From: Candidatus Falkowbacteria bacterium
GTDB taxonomy: Bacteria > Patescibacteriota > Patescibacteriia > CAIXNZ01
DNA length: 64,000 nt
Direction of reading: 5' to 3'
Assembly: GCA_963774955.1 (NCBI GenBank)
Contig: CAVZGV010000003.1
Span: forward strand, 469,695-533,694
In this document: positions 20,408 through 30,014 of the stretch, piece after piece
How the letters are laid out: every line of letters starts with the position of its first letter
Position numbering within the stretch: the stretch's first letter is position 1
Translations under genes and position numbers: made by a program
The notes under the pieces: model-generated
Seen by the model: only the letters and a program-made list of their open reading frames with translations
Database searches by the model: none
Told to the model about the DNA's origin: nothing

Positions 20408-20698
20408 ATGGATACTATTAAAAATTTATTATTTAGACGCATCAAGCAATCAGGGCTGGCCAGGCAAGTCGGCTCTGCTTTATTAATTGAGGAGTTTTCC
20501 AAGATAATAACCAGAGAATTCGGTCCGGAAATAGCCAAGAAAGTCAGCCCGCTTTATATCAAGAATTATGTTTTAAACGTGGCCTGTTTGAGCAGTGTCA
20601 TGAGCCAGGAATTAAATTTCAAAAAGCAGCAAATTATTGAGGAACTTAATGCCAAGGCCGGTGCCGAATTTATCAAAAATATCAGGATCGTTTTGTAA
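20408..20698 (+). CDS. DUF721/DciA family protein
   Basis: VLNVACLSSVMSQELNFKKQQIIEELN...IKNIRI pattern. Confidence 0.75.
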   Translation: MDTIKNLLFRRIKQSGLARQVGSALLIEEFSKIITREFGPEIAKKVSPLYIKNYVLNVACLSSVMSQELNFKKQQIIEELNAKAGAEFIKNIRIVL

Positions 20699-20786
20699 TA
20701 ATTTTATCTAAATTTAGCACAAAACTATTTGTTGTCAGAATGAATTTTATATGTTAATATTATTTTATTAATAATTTCATATTTAT

Positions 20787-21179
20787 ATGACTTTACGCAG
20801 CTATATCATCCTCATGCTGATTGCTACCATCGCCTGTTATCTGGCTTTGGCCGCGGTAATTTTATTTTTCGACCCTTTATCAGGCGGGTTATTGGCTTTA
20901 ATCTTTTTTTACCTGAGTTTGTTTTTGGCTCTGCTCGGGACGTTTGCCATTATCGGTCTTATTTTTAGGATATTGTTTACCAGTGATAAATTGATTTTTA
21001 AAAAAGTAACCACCTCTTTTCGACAGGGGATTTGGTTTAGCCTGCTGATTATTGTTTGTCTGTATTTAAACGGCATTAATTTATTGGTTTGGAAATATGT
21101 CGCCTTGTTAATATTGGCTTTAGCCCTGCTGGAGCTATTTTGTATAAGTTATAAGTCAAAACCAAACTTAAAAATATGA
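20787..21179 (+). CDS. Hypothetical 4-TM membrane protein
   Basis: Hydrophobic helices with SFRQG motif. Overlaps the proS start (ATGA). Confidence 0.7.
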   Translation: MTLRSYIILMLIATIACYLALAAVILFFDPLSGGLLALIFFYLSLFLALLGTFAIIGLIFRILFTSDKLIFKKVTTSFRQGIWFSLLIIVCLYLNGINLLVWKYVALLILALALLELFCISYKSKPNLKI

Positions 21180-22459
21180 AACAGTCATTTCTGTTTACTA
21201 AAACTTCAAGGGTTATTGCGGCTGAGGAAAAAAGCATTAATGCCCAGTATTTACAGCGCGGCGGATATATTGACCGCTTAATGGCCGGTGTTTATACCTT
21301 ATTGCCCCTGGGACTTTTAGTCTTTAAAAAGATTGAAAATATTATTCGTGAAGAAATGAAGGCTATAGACGGCCAGGAAATTATTATGCCGGCTTTGCAG
21401 CCCAAGGAAAACTGGGAACAGACAGGACGTTGGAGCAGTATGGATGATTTATATAAGCTGACAGATTCACAGAAACATGAATATGTTCTGGGGCCAACTC
21501 ATGAGGAAGTCGTTGTCCCGCTGGTAAAAAAATTCGTTAATTCTTATAAGGATTTGCCGGTTTATGTTTATCAGTTTCAGGATAAATTCCGCATGGAATT
21601 GCGGTCCAAGTCAGGTATATTGAGGGGCCGGGAATTTGTGATGAAGGATTTGTATTCATTTCATTTGGATGAAAAAGATTTGGATGAATATTATGAACAA
21701 GCCAAACAAGCATATTTTAATATTTTTAAACGTTGCGGTATTGGGCCAGAAACATTTTTGACCTTTGCTTCAGGCGGTAGCTTCTCTAAATATTCCCATG
21801 AATTCCAGACAGTTACTGATGCAGGTGAAGACATTATTTATATCTGCCAAAAATGCCAGTTGGCCATAAACAAGGAAATCAAGGGTGAAACTGACCAATG
21901 CCCGGAATGCGGTTCTCAGGATTTTAAAGAAGCCAAAGCAATTGAAGTCGGTAATATTTTTAAGCTTAAAACTAAATATTCAGCTCCTTTTAATCTAAAA
22001 GTAAAGGATCAGGCAGGTATTGATAGGGAAGTAATTATGGGTTGTTATGGCATTGGTTTGGGCAGGTTATTGGGCACGATAGTTGAGATTAGCCATGATG
22101 ACAAGGGAATAATTTGGCCCATGGCCGTAGCTCCTTTTCAGGTGCATTTACTTAGCTTAAAGGCAGAAACTGAACTTGCAAAAAAAGTCGAAGACCTATA
22201 TAATGGCTTAATTAAAGGAGGATTTGAGGTTTTATATGATGATCGTGAGGAAACAGCCGGTGTTAAGCTAAATGACAGCGATTTACTGGGTTTGCCGATC
22301 AGACTGGTTTTAAGCCCCAAGACCCTAGAACAGGATAGCGTGGAAGTCAAAGCCCGTAATTCTGATAAGGTTGAATTGATTAAACTTAAAGAAATTGAAA
22401 AATATCTTAGTAAATTAGTTCCGCGAAGCGGAATGCCGCTACGCGGCATAGATTCGTAG
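21176..22459 (+). CDS. proS: Proline--tRNA ligase
   Basis: LGPTHEE, KFRMELR..GILRGREF, IEVGNIFKL, MGCYGIG motifs; anticodon-binding domain. Confidence 0.95.
   Translation: MKQSFLFTKTSRVIAAEEKSINAQYLQRGGYIDRLMAGVYTLLPLGLLVFKKIENIIREEMKAIDGQEIIMPALQPKENWEQTGRWSSMDDLYKLTDSQKHEYVLGPTHEEVVVPLVKKFVNSYKDLPVYVYQFQDKFRMELRSKSGILRGREFVMKDLYSFHLDEKDLDEYYEQAKQAYFNIFKRCGIGPETFLTFASGGSFSKYSHEFQTVTDAGEDIIYICQKCQLAINKEIKGETDQCPECGSQDFKEAKAIEVGNIFKLKTKYSAPFNLKVKDQAGIDREVIMGCYGIGLGRLLGTIVEISHDDKGIIWPMAVAPFQVHLLSLKAETELAKKVEDLYNGLIKGGFEVLYDDREETAGVKLNDSDLLGLPIRLVLSPKTLEQDSVEVKARNSDKVELIKLKEIEKYLSKLVPRSGMPLRGIDS
22419..22449. repeat. REP-like double hairpin inside the proS 3' end
   Basis: TTCCGC-GAA-GCGGAA followed by ATGCCGC-TAC-GCGGCAT. 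A similar copy lies at 48501-48531. Confidence 0.7.
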
Positions 22460-22463
22460 CAAT

Positions 22464-23516
22464 ATGATTTTTGACCGAATTTTAGGAAAATTTTCCAAGG
22501 ATGTGGGTATTGATTTAGGTACAGCCAATACTCTGGTTTATGTTAAAGACAAAGGCATTGTTATAAATGAACCTTCAGTCGTGGCGATTAATTTAAAAAA
22601 CGGACAGATTTTGGCAGTCGGAGATGAAGCCAGAAAGATGGTTGGTAAGACTCCAAGTTATATTTCCGCGGTCAGACCATTGGTAGACGGCGTAATTTCA
22701 GATTTTGAAGTCACGGAAAAAATGCTTAAATATTTTATTGATAAGATAAATCAAGGGCCTTTTAGCTGGTTATTCCGGCCCAGGGTGGTAATCGGGATAC
22801 CTTTGGATGTGACTGAGGTAGAAAAAAAGGCGGTTGAAGATGCTGCCTTGTCAGCCGGAGCCAGACGAGTTCACTTGATTGAAGAACCTATGGCCGCAGC
22901 GATTGGATGTAGGTTGCCTATCAGTGAAGCAGTCGGTAATATGATTATTGATATTGGCGGAGGTACGACTGAAATTGCGGTCATCTCTTTAGGCGGAATA
23001 GTTACCTGGCGATCGATAAAAATAGCCGGAGATGAGATGAACAAAAATATTGTTCAATATGCCCGAAACAAATTCAATCTTTTATTGGGCGAAAAAGTAG
23101 CTGAGGAAATTAAAATAAAAATTGGTTCAGCCGCTGAACTGAGAGCGCCTTTAGAGGCACAAATGCGCGGCCGTGATTTAATTACAGGTTTACCAAAGGA
23201 AATAATCGTTAATGACGAACAGATCAGGGAAGCCCTAGGTAAATCAGTGCGTTTAATTATTGATAATATTAAAGCGACTTTAGAAGTGACTCCGCCCGAA
23301 TTGGTGGCTGATATTTATGAAAGAGGTATTTTGCTGACAGGTGGCGGAGCTTTGCTCAAAGGTCTGGATCAGGCTATTTCTCATGCTACCCAGATTCCTG
23401 TTTACGTTGCTGATGATCCTTTAACCGCGGTGGTGCGCGGCACCGGTTATTTATTGGATAATATAGAACTGCTAAAAAATGTAGCCGTTTCTTCAACTTC
23501 AGAAGAATCAAGTTAA
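22464..23516 (+). CDS. mreB: Rod shape-determining protein MreB
   Basis: GIDLGTANTL, IDIGGGTTE, LTGGGALL. Confidence 0.97.
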   Translation: MIFDRILGKFSKDVGIDLGTANTLVYVKDKGIVINEPSVVAINLKNGQILAVGDEARKMVGKTPSYISAVRPLVDGVISDFEVTEKMLKYFIDKINQGPFSWLFRPRVVIGIPLDVTEVEKKAVEDAALSAGARRVHLIEEPMAAAIGCRLPISEAVGNMIIDIGGGTTEIAVISLGGIVTWRSIKIAGDEMNKNIVQYARNKFNLLLGEKVAEEIKIKIGSAAELRAPLEAQMRGRDLITGLPKEIIVNDEQIREALGKSVRLIIDNIKATLEVTPPELVADIYERGILLTGGGALLKGLDQAISHATQIPVYVADDPLTAVVRGTGYLLDNIELLKNVAVSSTSEESS

Positions 23517-23522
23517 AAAAAT

Positions 23523-24329
23523 ATGCTAGTTGAACGCAAAAATCGTTTAATTAAATTCTATATAATAGCAGTTATCATACTGCTTATTTTTTTCCATTAT
23601 CTCGGAGTTTTGAGAGTTGTCGAGGATAGTTTTTTTAATGTAATGGGGATAGCTCAGGGCAATACTTTTAATTTTTTAACCAAATTGAAGTATTCGTTCA
23701 TTAATTATCAGGAAGCTCAAAATTTAAAAACAGAAAAGGCGGAACTGCAGCAACAGCTAAATAGATTAAGTTATGATAATAGCCAGCTAAAAGCTTATCA
23801 GCTGGAAAATGAAAAATTGCGAACTATTCTTAATTTCAAGGAAGAGAAGAATTATAATACGATTGTAGCCTCGGTTATCGGTAAAGACACCAATAAGGCC
23901 AATACTTTAATTATTAATAAAGGCTGGCAGGACGGTATCAAAGAAGGCTTTGCCGCAGTGGTTGATCAGGGCGTTATTGTAGGTAAAATAATTGATGTTA
24001 AGGACTATCTTTCTACGGTTTTACTTTTAAATGACAAAATGAGTCAGTTGGCCATTAGCCTGGAATCCAGCAATAAAACCAACGGTTTGGCTGAAGGCGA
24101 ATTCGGTCTTAGCTTGAAAGTAAATTATATTCCTCAAGACATATTAATCACCGAAGGAGATTCTATTATTACTTCCGGTACCGAAGAGAATATTCCCAGG
24201 GGTCTTTTGGTTGGCAAGATTAACCGGATAATCAGCCAAGGCAACGAACTTTTTCAATCAGCTACCATTAACTCCTGGATAGCTTATAATGAAATTTCCA
24301 TCGTCGCTGTTATAATTCCTAATCAATAA
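23523..24329 (+). CDS. mreC: Rod shape-determining protein MreC
   Basis: TM + coiled coil (ENEKLR), IINKG..DGI, ITSG...PRGL; synteny. Confidence 0.93.
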   Translation: MLVERKNRLIKFYIIAVIILLIFFHYLGVLRVVEDSFFNVMGIAQGNTFNFLTKLKYSFINYQEAQNLKTEKAELQQQLNRLSYDNSQLKAYQLENEKLRTILNFKEEKNYNTIVASVIGKDTNKANTLIINKGWQDGIKEGFAAVVDQGVIVGKIIDVKDYLSTVLLLNDKMSQLAISLESSNKTNGLAEGEFGLSLKVNYIPQDILITEGDSIITSGTEENIPRGLLVGKINRIISQGNELFQSATINSWIAYNEISIVAVIIPNQ

Positions 24330-24332
24330 AAG

Positions 24333-24857
24333 ATGCTAAAATATTTTTATTGTTTTTTATTGTCATTAGTTTTGGTTTATCTAAGCCAAAGCGTTTTTAC
24401 GGCTTTTATACCGTCAGAAAGACTGAATTTGCTGGTGGTTTTTTTGGTCTTTATTACTTTTGTTTCAGGACTGAATTGGGGTTTTGTTTTTGCTCTTTTT
24501 ATCGGCTTGTTAGTCAATTTTTATTCATACTTACCGTTCCCCAGTTATATTCTCATTTATTTGTTTATTATTTTTATGGTTGATTATTTGCATCAGCAGA
24601 TTTTTATTAATTTTACTTTTGCCACAAATTTTATCCTGATTATATTAAGTACTGCCATGTTTTCGTTATTATTGGCGTTGACTAATTTTATTTTTTATTT
24701 CCTGGGAGTTTCCTTGGTATATATCAGCCTTGATTGGGACTGGCTGGCAAATTTTATCTGGCAGGTTATAAACAATATAATTTTGATGAGCCTGATTTTT
24801 GTTTTAGCCAGGGCCATCTTTAAAAAATTAAATTTAACAATTTTGGTAAAAAGATGA
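24333..24857 (+). CDS. mreD: Rod shape-determining protein MreD (divergent)
   Basis: Polytopic membrane protein between mreC and the PBP2 gene. Confidence 0.75.
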   Translation: MLKYFYCFLLSLVLVYLSQSVFTAFIPSERLNLLVVFLVFITFVSGLNWGFVFALFIGLLVNFYSYLPFPSYILIYLFIIFMVDYLHQQIFINFTFATNFILIILSTAMFSLLLALTNFIFYFLGVSLVYISLDWDWLANFIWQVINNIILMSLIFVLARAIFKKLNLTILVKR

Positions 24858-26797
24858 GTGAATTAATAATAAAAAGAGAATATCGAGCCAGTACAGAAAT
24901 TGACGATTTTTTATTCTTTGACGATAATCATGGCCGGGAAAACATCGGCCAGACTCAAACCGATGTCACTTTTTTAGGTAAGTATTTGTCTGATAAGAAA
25001 ATTAATTTTTTCCTGCTTATTTTGGGCTTGGGGCTGGGCGTACTTTTAATTAAAAGTTTTTATTTGCAGATTATTAAGGGTGATTATTATAGCTCTATAG
25101 CTGATACTAACCGTACCAGAGAAAAGGCCATATTAGCTGATCGAGGTTTGATTTATGATTCCGAGCGGCGGCAATTAGTAAGAAATTTACCTTTTTTTGA
25201 CGCTTTGGTTATGCCTAAAGATTTCGCCTTAGCAGAAAAAACTCGTCAGGAACAAATAGATTATATTGCCCAAACATTAGATATTAAGGCCGACGATATT
25301 CTTCTGGTCCTGAATAAATACCCCAAGAATTTTAAGTATCTTTTGCCTGTTAAGGAAAATATTGGTTATGAACAGGCAATGCTTCTAATGATAAAAGCTA
25401 ATAATATCCCCGGGCTTTATATTGAAACTAGATATGAACGGCAATATATTTATGGCAATGCGTTTTCACATATTTTGGGTTACGAAGGTAAAATTACCGA
25501 GGCGGGTTTTGCCGCTAAAAGCAGTGAGGGTTATTTGTTAGGTGATTATTTGGGTAAAACAGGCGTGGAAGCTCAGTTTGAATCAGTTTTAAGAGGCAAG
25601 TATGGTAAAGAAGGCGTGGAGGTAGATGTTTCGGGTCAGGAAAAAAAGGTGCTATATTACCAGGAAGCTGAAAACGGTAAAAATTTAATTTTAACTATTG
25701 ATCAGGAAGTTCAAAATAAAGTCAGGGAAATATTACAAAACAGCCTCAAGAAATACGATGCCAATCGCGCCAGCGTGGTCATGATTAATCCGCAAAATGG
25801 ACAAGTCCTTGGTTTAATTTCCTGGCCTGATTACGATAATAATTTATTTTCAGGCGGAATTTCAACTGAAGAGTATAATAATTTAATTAATAATAAGAAT
25901 AACCCTTTATTTGACCGGGCAATTAAGGGTGAATATCCTTCTGGCTCAACCATTAAAATGGCCGTGGCTGCCGGAGCTTTGCAGGATAAGCTGATTACCG
26001 ATAGAACAAGCATAATGAGCAGCGGAGGCCTCTGGGTAGCTGACCGCTGGTTTTTTCCTGACTGGGCAGCCGGAGGGCATGGGGCGACGAATGTCTACCG
26101 GGCAATTGCCTGGTCTGTTAATACCTTTTTTTATACCATTGGCGGCGGTTATAATGATTTTCAGGGCTTAGGACCGGAAGGCTTGGAAAAATATTTTGAG
26201 CTTTTTGGTTTCGGCGCTAAAACCGGTATTGATTTGCCTGGTGAAGCAACTGGCCTGGTTCCTGATCCTTTATGGAAGTTGAAGGAAAAAAATGAACAGT
26301 GGTTTATAGGTGATACTTATCATATTGCTATTGGCCAAGGTGATCTTTTGGTTACGCCGCTACAGATTGCTAATTATACCGCTGCACTTGCTAATGGCGG
26401 CACCTTATATAAGCCTTATTTGGTAAAAGAAATTGATGATAAGATAACGTCCGTTGAGGTCATTCAGCCGCAAATTATAAGAAAGGACTTTATCAGTCCT
26501 GAAAATTTGAAAATAATTAGAAACGCTATGCGCCAGACAGTTACCATAGGTAGTGCTCAGTATTTGAATAATTTAAGTATTGAGGTGGCTGGTAAAACCG
26601 GTACAGCTCAATGGAATACTGAGAAAAAAAATCATGCTTGGTTTACTGGTTTTGCGCCGTTTGAAAATCCCGAGGTGGCGATTACTGTTTTAGTTGAAGA
26701 GGCAGGAGAAGGTAGTGCAGTTGCGGTACCCATTACTTATGATATTTTAAATTGGTATTTTAATGATTATAAAAAATCGTTAAGCGATAATCGTTAA
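24854..26797 (+). CDS. mrdA: Penicillin-binding protein 2
   Basis: PSGSTIK (SxxK), SVN, KTGT motifs; dimerisation domain ADRGLIYD. Confidence 0.93.
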   Translation: MSELIIKREYRASTEIDDFLFFDDNHGRENIGQTQTDVTFLGKYLSDKKINFFLLILGLGLGVLLIKSFYLQIIKGDYYSSIADTNRTREKAILADRGLIYDSERRQLVRNLPFFDALVMPKDFALAEKTRQEQIDYIAQTLDIKADDILLVLNKYPKNFKYLLPVKENIGYEQAMLLMIKANNIPGLYIETRYERQYIYGNAFSHILGYEGKITEAGFAAKSSEGYLLGDYLGKTGVEAQFESVLRGKYGKEGVEVDVSGQEKKVLYYQEAENGKNLILTIDQEVQNKVREILQNSLKKYDANRASVVMINPQNGQVLGLISWPDYDNNLFSGGISTEEYNNLINNKNNPLFDRAIKGEYPSGSTIKMAVAAGALQDKLITDRTSIMSSGGLWVADRWFFPDWAAGGHGATNVYRAIAWSVNTFFYTIGGGYNDFQGLGPEGLEKYFELFGFGAKTGIDLPGEATGLVPDPLWKLKEKNEQWFIGDTYHIAIGQGDLLVTPLQIANYTAALANGGTLYKPYLVKEIDDKITSVEVIQPQIIRKDFISPENLKIIRNAMRQTVTIGSAQYLNNLSIEVAGKTGTAQWNTEKKNHAWFTGFAPFENPEVAITVLVEEAGEGSAVAVPITYDILNWYFNDYKKSLSDNR

Positions 26798-26823
26798 CCG
26801 ATAATTTGGATCATCTTATCCAC

Positions 26824-26852
26824 TTGACACAAGTAATCGTTTTTGGTATTTT
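26824..26852 (+). promoter_or_regulatory. Sigma70 promoter of greA
   Basis: TTGACA-17 bp-TATTTT with TG extension; DnaA-box-like TTATCCACT abuts the -35. Confidence 0.55.
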
Positions 26853-26907
26853 ATAAATTATTATATCCAGAAGCTATAAAAAAATTTTTATTTTTAACTT
26901 CAATAAA

Positions 26908-27375
26908 ATGTCAGAAGATAAACAATATTTGACCAAGGAAGGCTTGGAAAAAATTACTGAGGAATTAACCAGATTAAAAACAGTGCGTCGTCGCGAGATT
27001 AGTGAAAAAATCGAAGAAGCCATTAAACTTGGAGATTTATCAGAAAATGCAGAATATCATGAGGCTAAAGATGAACAGGGTATGAATGAAGCAAAAATAC
27101 GTGAACTAGATGATATTCTAAATAATGCTGAAGTTATTGCCAATGCGGCTGGCGCTAAGAAATGCGTTTCAGTCGGTTGTACAATAGAGGTAAAGATTGA
27201 TAGCCTGACTAAAAAATATACGATTGTCGGTCCGAGTGAAGCCAATCCCGCCCAAGGTTTGATATCCAATGAATCACCGATTGGTCAGGCTTTTTTAGGC
27301 AAGAAAATAGGGGAGACAGTGGAAGTTGAAGCACCGGCCGGCACAGTAAAATATAAGATTTTGTCACTTGAATAA
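26908..27375 (+). CDS. greA: Transcription elongation factor GreA
   Basis: GDLSENAEYHEAK, ISNESPIGQA. Confidence 0.97.
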   Translation: MSEDKQYLTKEGLEKITEELTRLKTVRRREISEKIEEAIKLGDLSENAEYHEAKDEQGMNEAKIRELDDILNNAEVIANAAGAKKCVSVGCTIEVKIDSLTKKYTIVGPSEANPAQGLISNESPIGQAFLGKKIGETVEVEAPAGTVKYKILSLE

Positions 27376-27394
27376 AGATTTGATTTTAAAAATC

Positions 27395-27419
27395 GAGCCA
27401 GTAGATTGGCTCCTTTTTT
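27395..27419 (+). terminator. Rho-independent terminator after greA
   Basis: GAGCCA-gtagat-TGGCTC followed by a T run. Confidence 0.7.
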
Positions 27420-27523
27420 ATTTTGACTTTTATCAGATTTTTAGCTAAAATTAATATATACTAAAAACAACTAAACTAACTTCAGCTTCAGCCTCTGGCT
27501 GATAATTTAACCTTATAAAACCT

Positions 27524-28964
27524 ATGTCACTAGATGAACGCAAAGTCAGAGTGGACAAATTAAATCAAATTAAAGATTCAGGCATAAATCCTTATCCGGC
27601 CAAATTTGATAAAAAAGTCAGCTTACAAAAAGCTTTTGATTCCAAGGAGGGGACTAAGGTAAAAACTGCTGGCCGCTTGATGACCATTCGTGATATGGGT
27701 AAGCTTTGTTTTTGCCATTTAATGGACGAAAGTAAGAAAATGCAGATTGCTTTGCAGGCGGATAAAATAGGCAAGGAGAGTTACGATTGGTTTGTAAAAA
27801 ATATTGACATTGGTGATTTTATCGGTGTAGAAGGCGAGATTTTCAAAACCCATAAAGGTGAGATTTCTATTTTGGTAACAAAATATGAATTATTAGCCAA
27901 AGCGTTGCGACCCTTGCCGGAAAAATGGCATGGCTTAACTGATGAAGAATTAAAACTGCGTAAAAGATATTTGGATTTTATTTCCAATCCTGAACTCAAG
28001 GAATTATTTTACCGCCAAGCAAAGTTCTGGCAGACTATGCGCAATTTTTTGTTAGACGAAGGTTTTCTTAGAGGTTGAAACTCCGGTTTTGGAAACTACT
28101 GCCGGCGGCGCTGATGCTGAACCTTTCGTAACTCATCACAATGCCCTGGATATGGATGTTTACTTAAGAATCACTATGGGTGAATTATGGCAAAAAAGAT
28201 TGATGGTTGCCGGTTTTGAAAAAACATTTGAAATCGGACGTCAATTCCGGAATGAAGGCATGAGCAGGGAACATTTGCAGGATTATACCCAGATGGAATG
28301 TTATATGGCTTATGCTGATTATAAAGATATGATGGCCCTGATAGAAAAAATGTATAAAAAAGTCATTAAAGAAGTTTATAATACCATGGAATTTGAAATT
28401 AATGGCTTTACTGTTGATTTTAATAAGAAATGGGGAACCATTGATTATGTGGAAAAAATCCAGAAAGATTTTGATTTGGATGTAACTAAGGCGACAAAAG
28501 ACGCTATTGTTAAAAAACTTAAAGATTTAAAAGTTGATTTTGCTGCAGATTTATCAAGGGCACGCTTAATTGATATTTTATGGAAACAGGTCAGAAAGAC
28601 AATTGCCGGTCCGGCTTTTTTGGTTAATCACCCAGTTGAGGTTGCACCTTTGGCCAAACGTGATCCCAAAAATCCTGGTCGAGTTCAGGAATTTCAAATA
28701 ATCTTAGCCGGGTCAGAGATGGGCAAAGGCTATAGTGAATTAAATGATCCTGTTGATCAGGCAGAACGCTTTCAGGAACAGGCTCAGATGCGCGCAGCAG
28801 GGGATATGGAGGCGCAAATGCCTGATAATGACTTTGTAGAGGCCTTAGAGTATGGCATGCCGCCTACGGCCGGTTTTGGAGTGTCTGAACGCTTATTTTC
28901 ATTCCTTGAGAATAAAACAATCAGAGAATGCCAGATTTTTCCGTTAATGAAGCCTGAAAAGTAA
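27524..28964 (+). CDS. lysS: Lysine--tRNA ligase class II (split by one +1 frameshift near 28065, probably a sequencing error)
   Basis: N-part has LRPLPEKWHGL. Removing one base from GGTTTTCTTAGAG restores GFLEVETP..GGADAEPF. C-part has FRNEG, YSELNDP, GMPPTAGFG. Confidence 0.93.
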
Positions 28965-28989
28965 AGGTTTATAAATTAAATAGAATATT

Positions 28990-29961
28990 ATGTACGAAGC
29001 ACCAAAAGTTCAAAAAATTGAAAAAGAGGCTGACTATGTTTTTGAAAAATTTAAGGCTTTTAAGGCTATTGATTTTAATATTAAAGAATTTCCAGAATTA
29101 CATGAACGCCTGGTGGAACTGGCTAATATGCCTGATTCTCATTTTGAAGATGCGGTTAAAATGGCTGAAGTGGTTGAATTACTTTGGTCTGATATCAATA
29201 AAGAGCCTGACATTGAATCGAAACAGGAGGAATTACTATTGGCCTGCTTATTTCATGATATCGGCAAATCAGGGCCATTAAACGCCAACAGGGAACAGCG
29301 TTTAATGATTGAACAGATTTTCAATCCTGTTTATTTTGATATTAATAATAAGAATTTCAAGAACAATCCTAAATTTTTCGGTAAATCAGTTAAGGAACAA
29401 AAAATGATGATGAAGGACTTGTCGATAAATGAAATTCTTGATATTGAAGATTTTTCTAATAAAGACGCAATTAAAGAATATTTACAAACGCTAGAATTGC
29501 ATATATATGATGAAGAGACGAATCAAATTACTGTTGAGCCCTTGGACTTAAATAATCATTCCATGATTCAGCTGTGGCGCGAGCATGATTATTGGACCTA
29601 TGAGTTATTAGATCACTTTAAAAAGGGAAAGATAACTCGCGAATTAATAATTATTGCCAGCTCTCATCATACCTTGGAAGGTCATGATCCGGCCTTGGTT
29701 GACGGCAATGTCCCAAACGAAGCGATTGCCCTGGAAACCATAGATAAGTATTTGATCATTACTTTGGTGGATAAATATCAGGCCTTTATTGACCGGGAAA
29801 AAGTTGATCATTCGAAGGCGATTGAGATTTTACGCGGCATGGCCAAAGACAGCAAGGATAAGAAAATTATTAATCATCAGGACCGGGTTTACAACCTATT
29901 TATTAAGTATATAGGCATTCTGGAAAAACATCCTGAAATAGCGGAAATTATCGGAAAATAA
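28990..29961 (+). CDS. HD-domain protein
   Basis: H...LFHDIGK...HH...D pattern. Confidence 0.7.
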   Translation: MYEAPKVQKIEKEADYVFEKFKAFKAIDFNIKEFPELHERLVELANMPDSHFEDAVKMAEVVELLWSDINKEPDIESKQEELLLACLFHDIGKSGPLNANREQRLMIEQIFNPVYFDINNKNFKNNPKFFGKSVKEQKMMMKDLSINEILDIEDFSNKDAIKEYLQTLELHIYDEETNQITVEPLDLNNHSMIQLWREHDYWTYELLDHFKKGKITRELIIIASSHHTLEGHDPALVDGNVPNEAIALETIDKYLIITLVDKYQAFIDREKVDHSKAIEILRGMAKDSKDKKIINHQDRVYNLFIKYIGILEKHPEIAEIIGK

Positions 29962-29978
29962 AAAAAATTTTCATAAAG

Positions 29979-30009
29979 AAAACCCTCTCCGAAAAACGGA
30001 GAGGGTTTT
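29979..30009. terminator. Bidirectional terminator between the HD gene and purF-like gene
   Basis: AAAACCCTCTCCG / CGGAGAGGGTTTT. Confidence 0.8.
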
Positions 30010-30014
30010 GGTTG

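Noticed and set aside
28061-28078. Programmed +1 frameshift in lysS (TTT CTT AGA G)
   Set aside because: It resembles CUU-type shift sites only superficially. Four other +1 insertions in the window make sequencing error more parsimonious.
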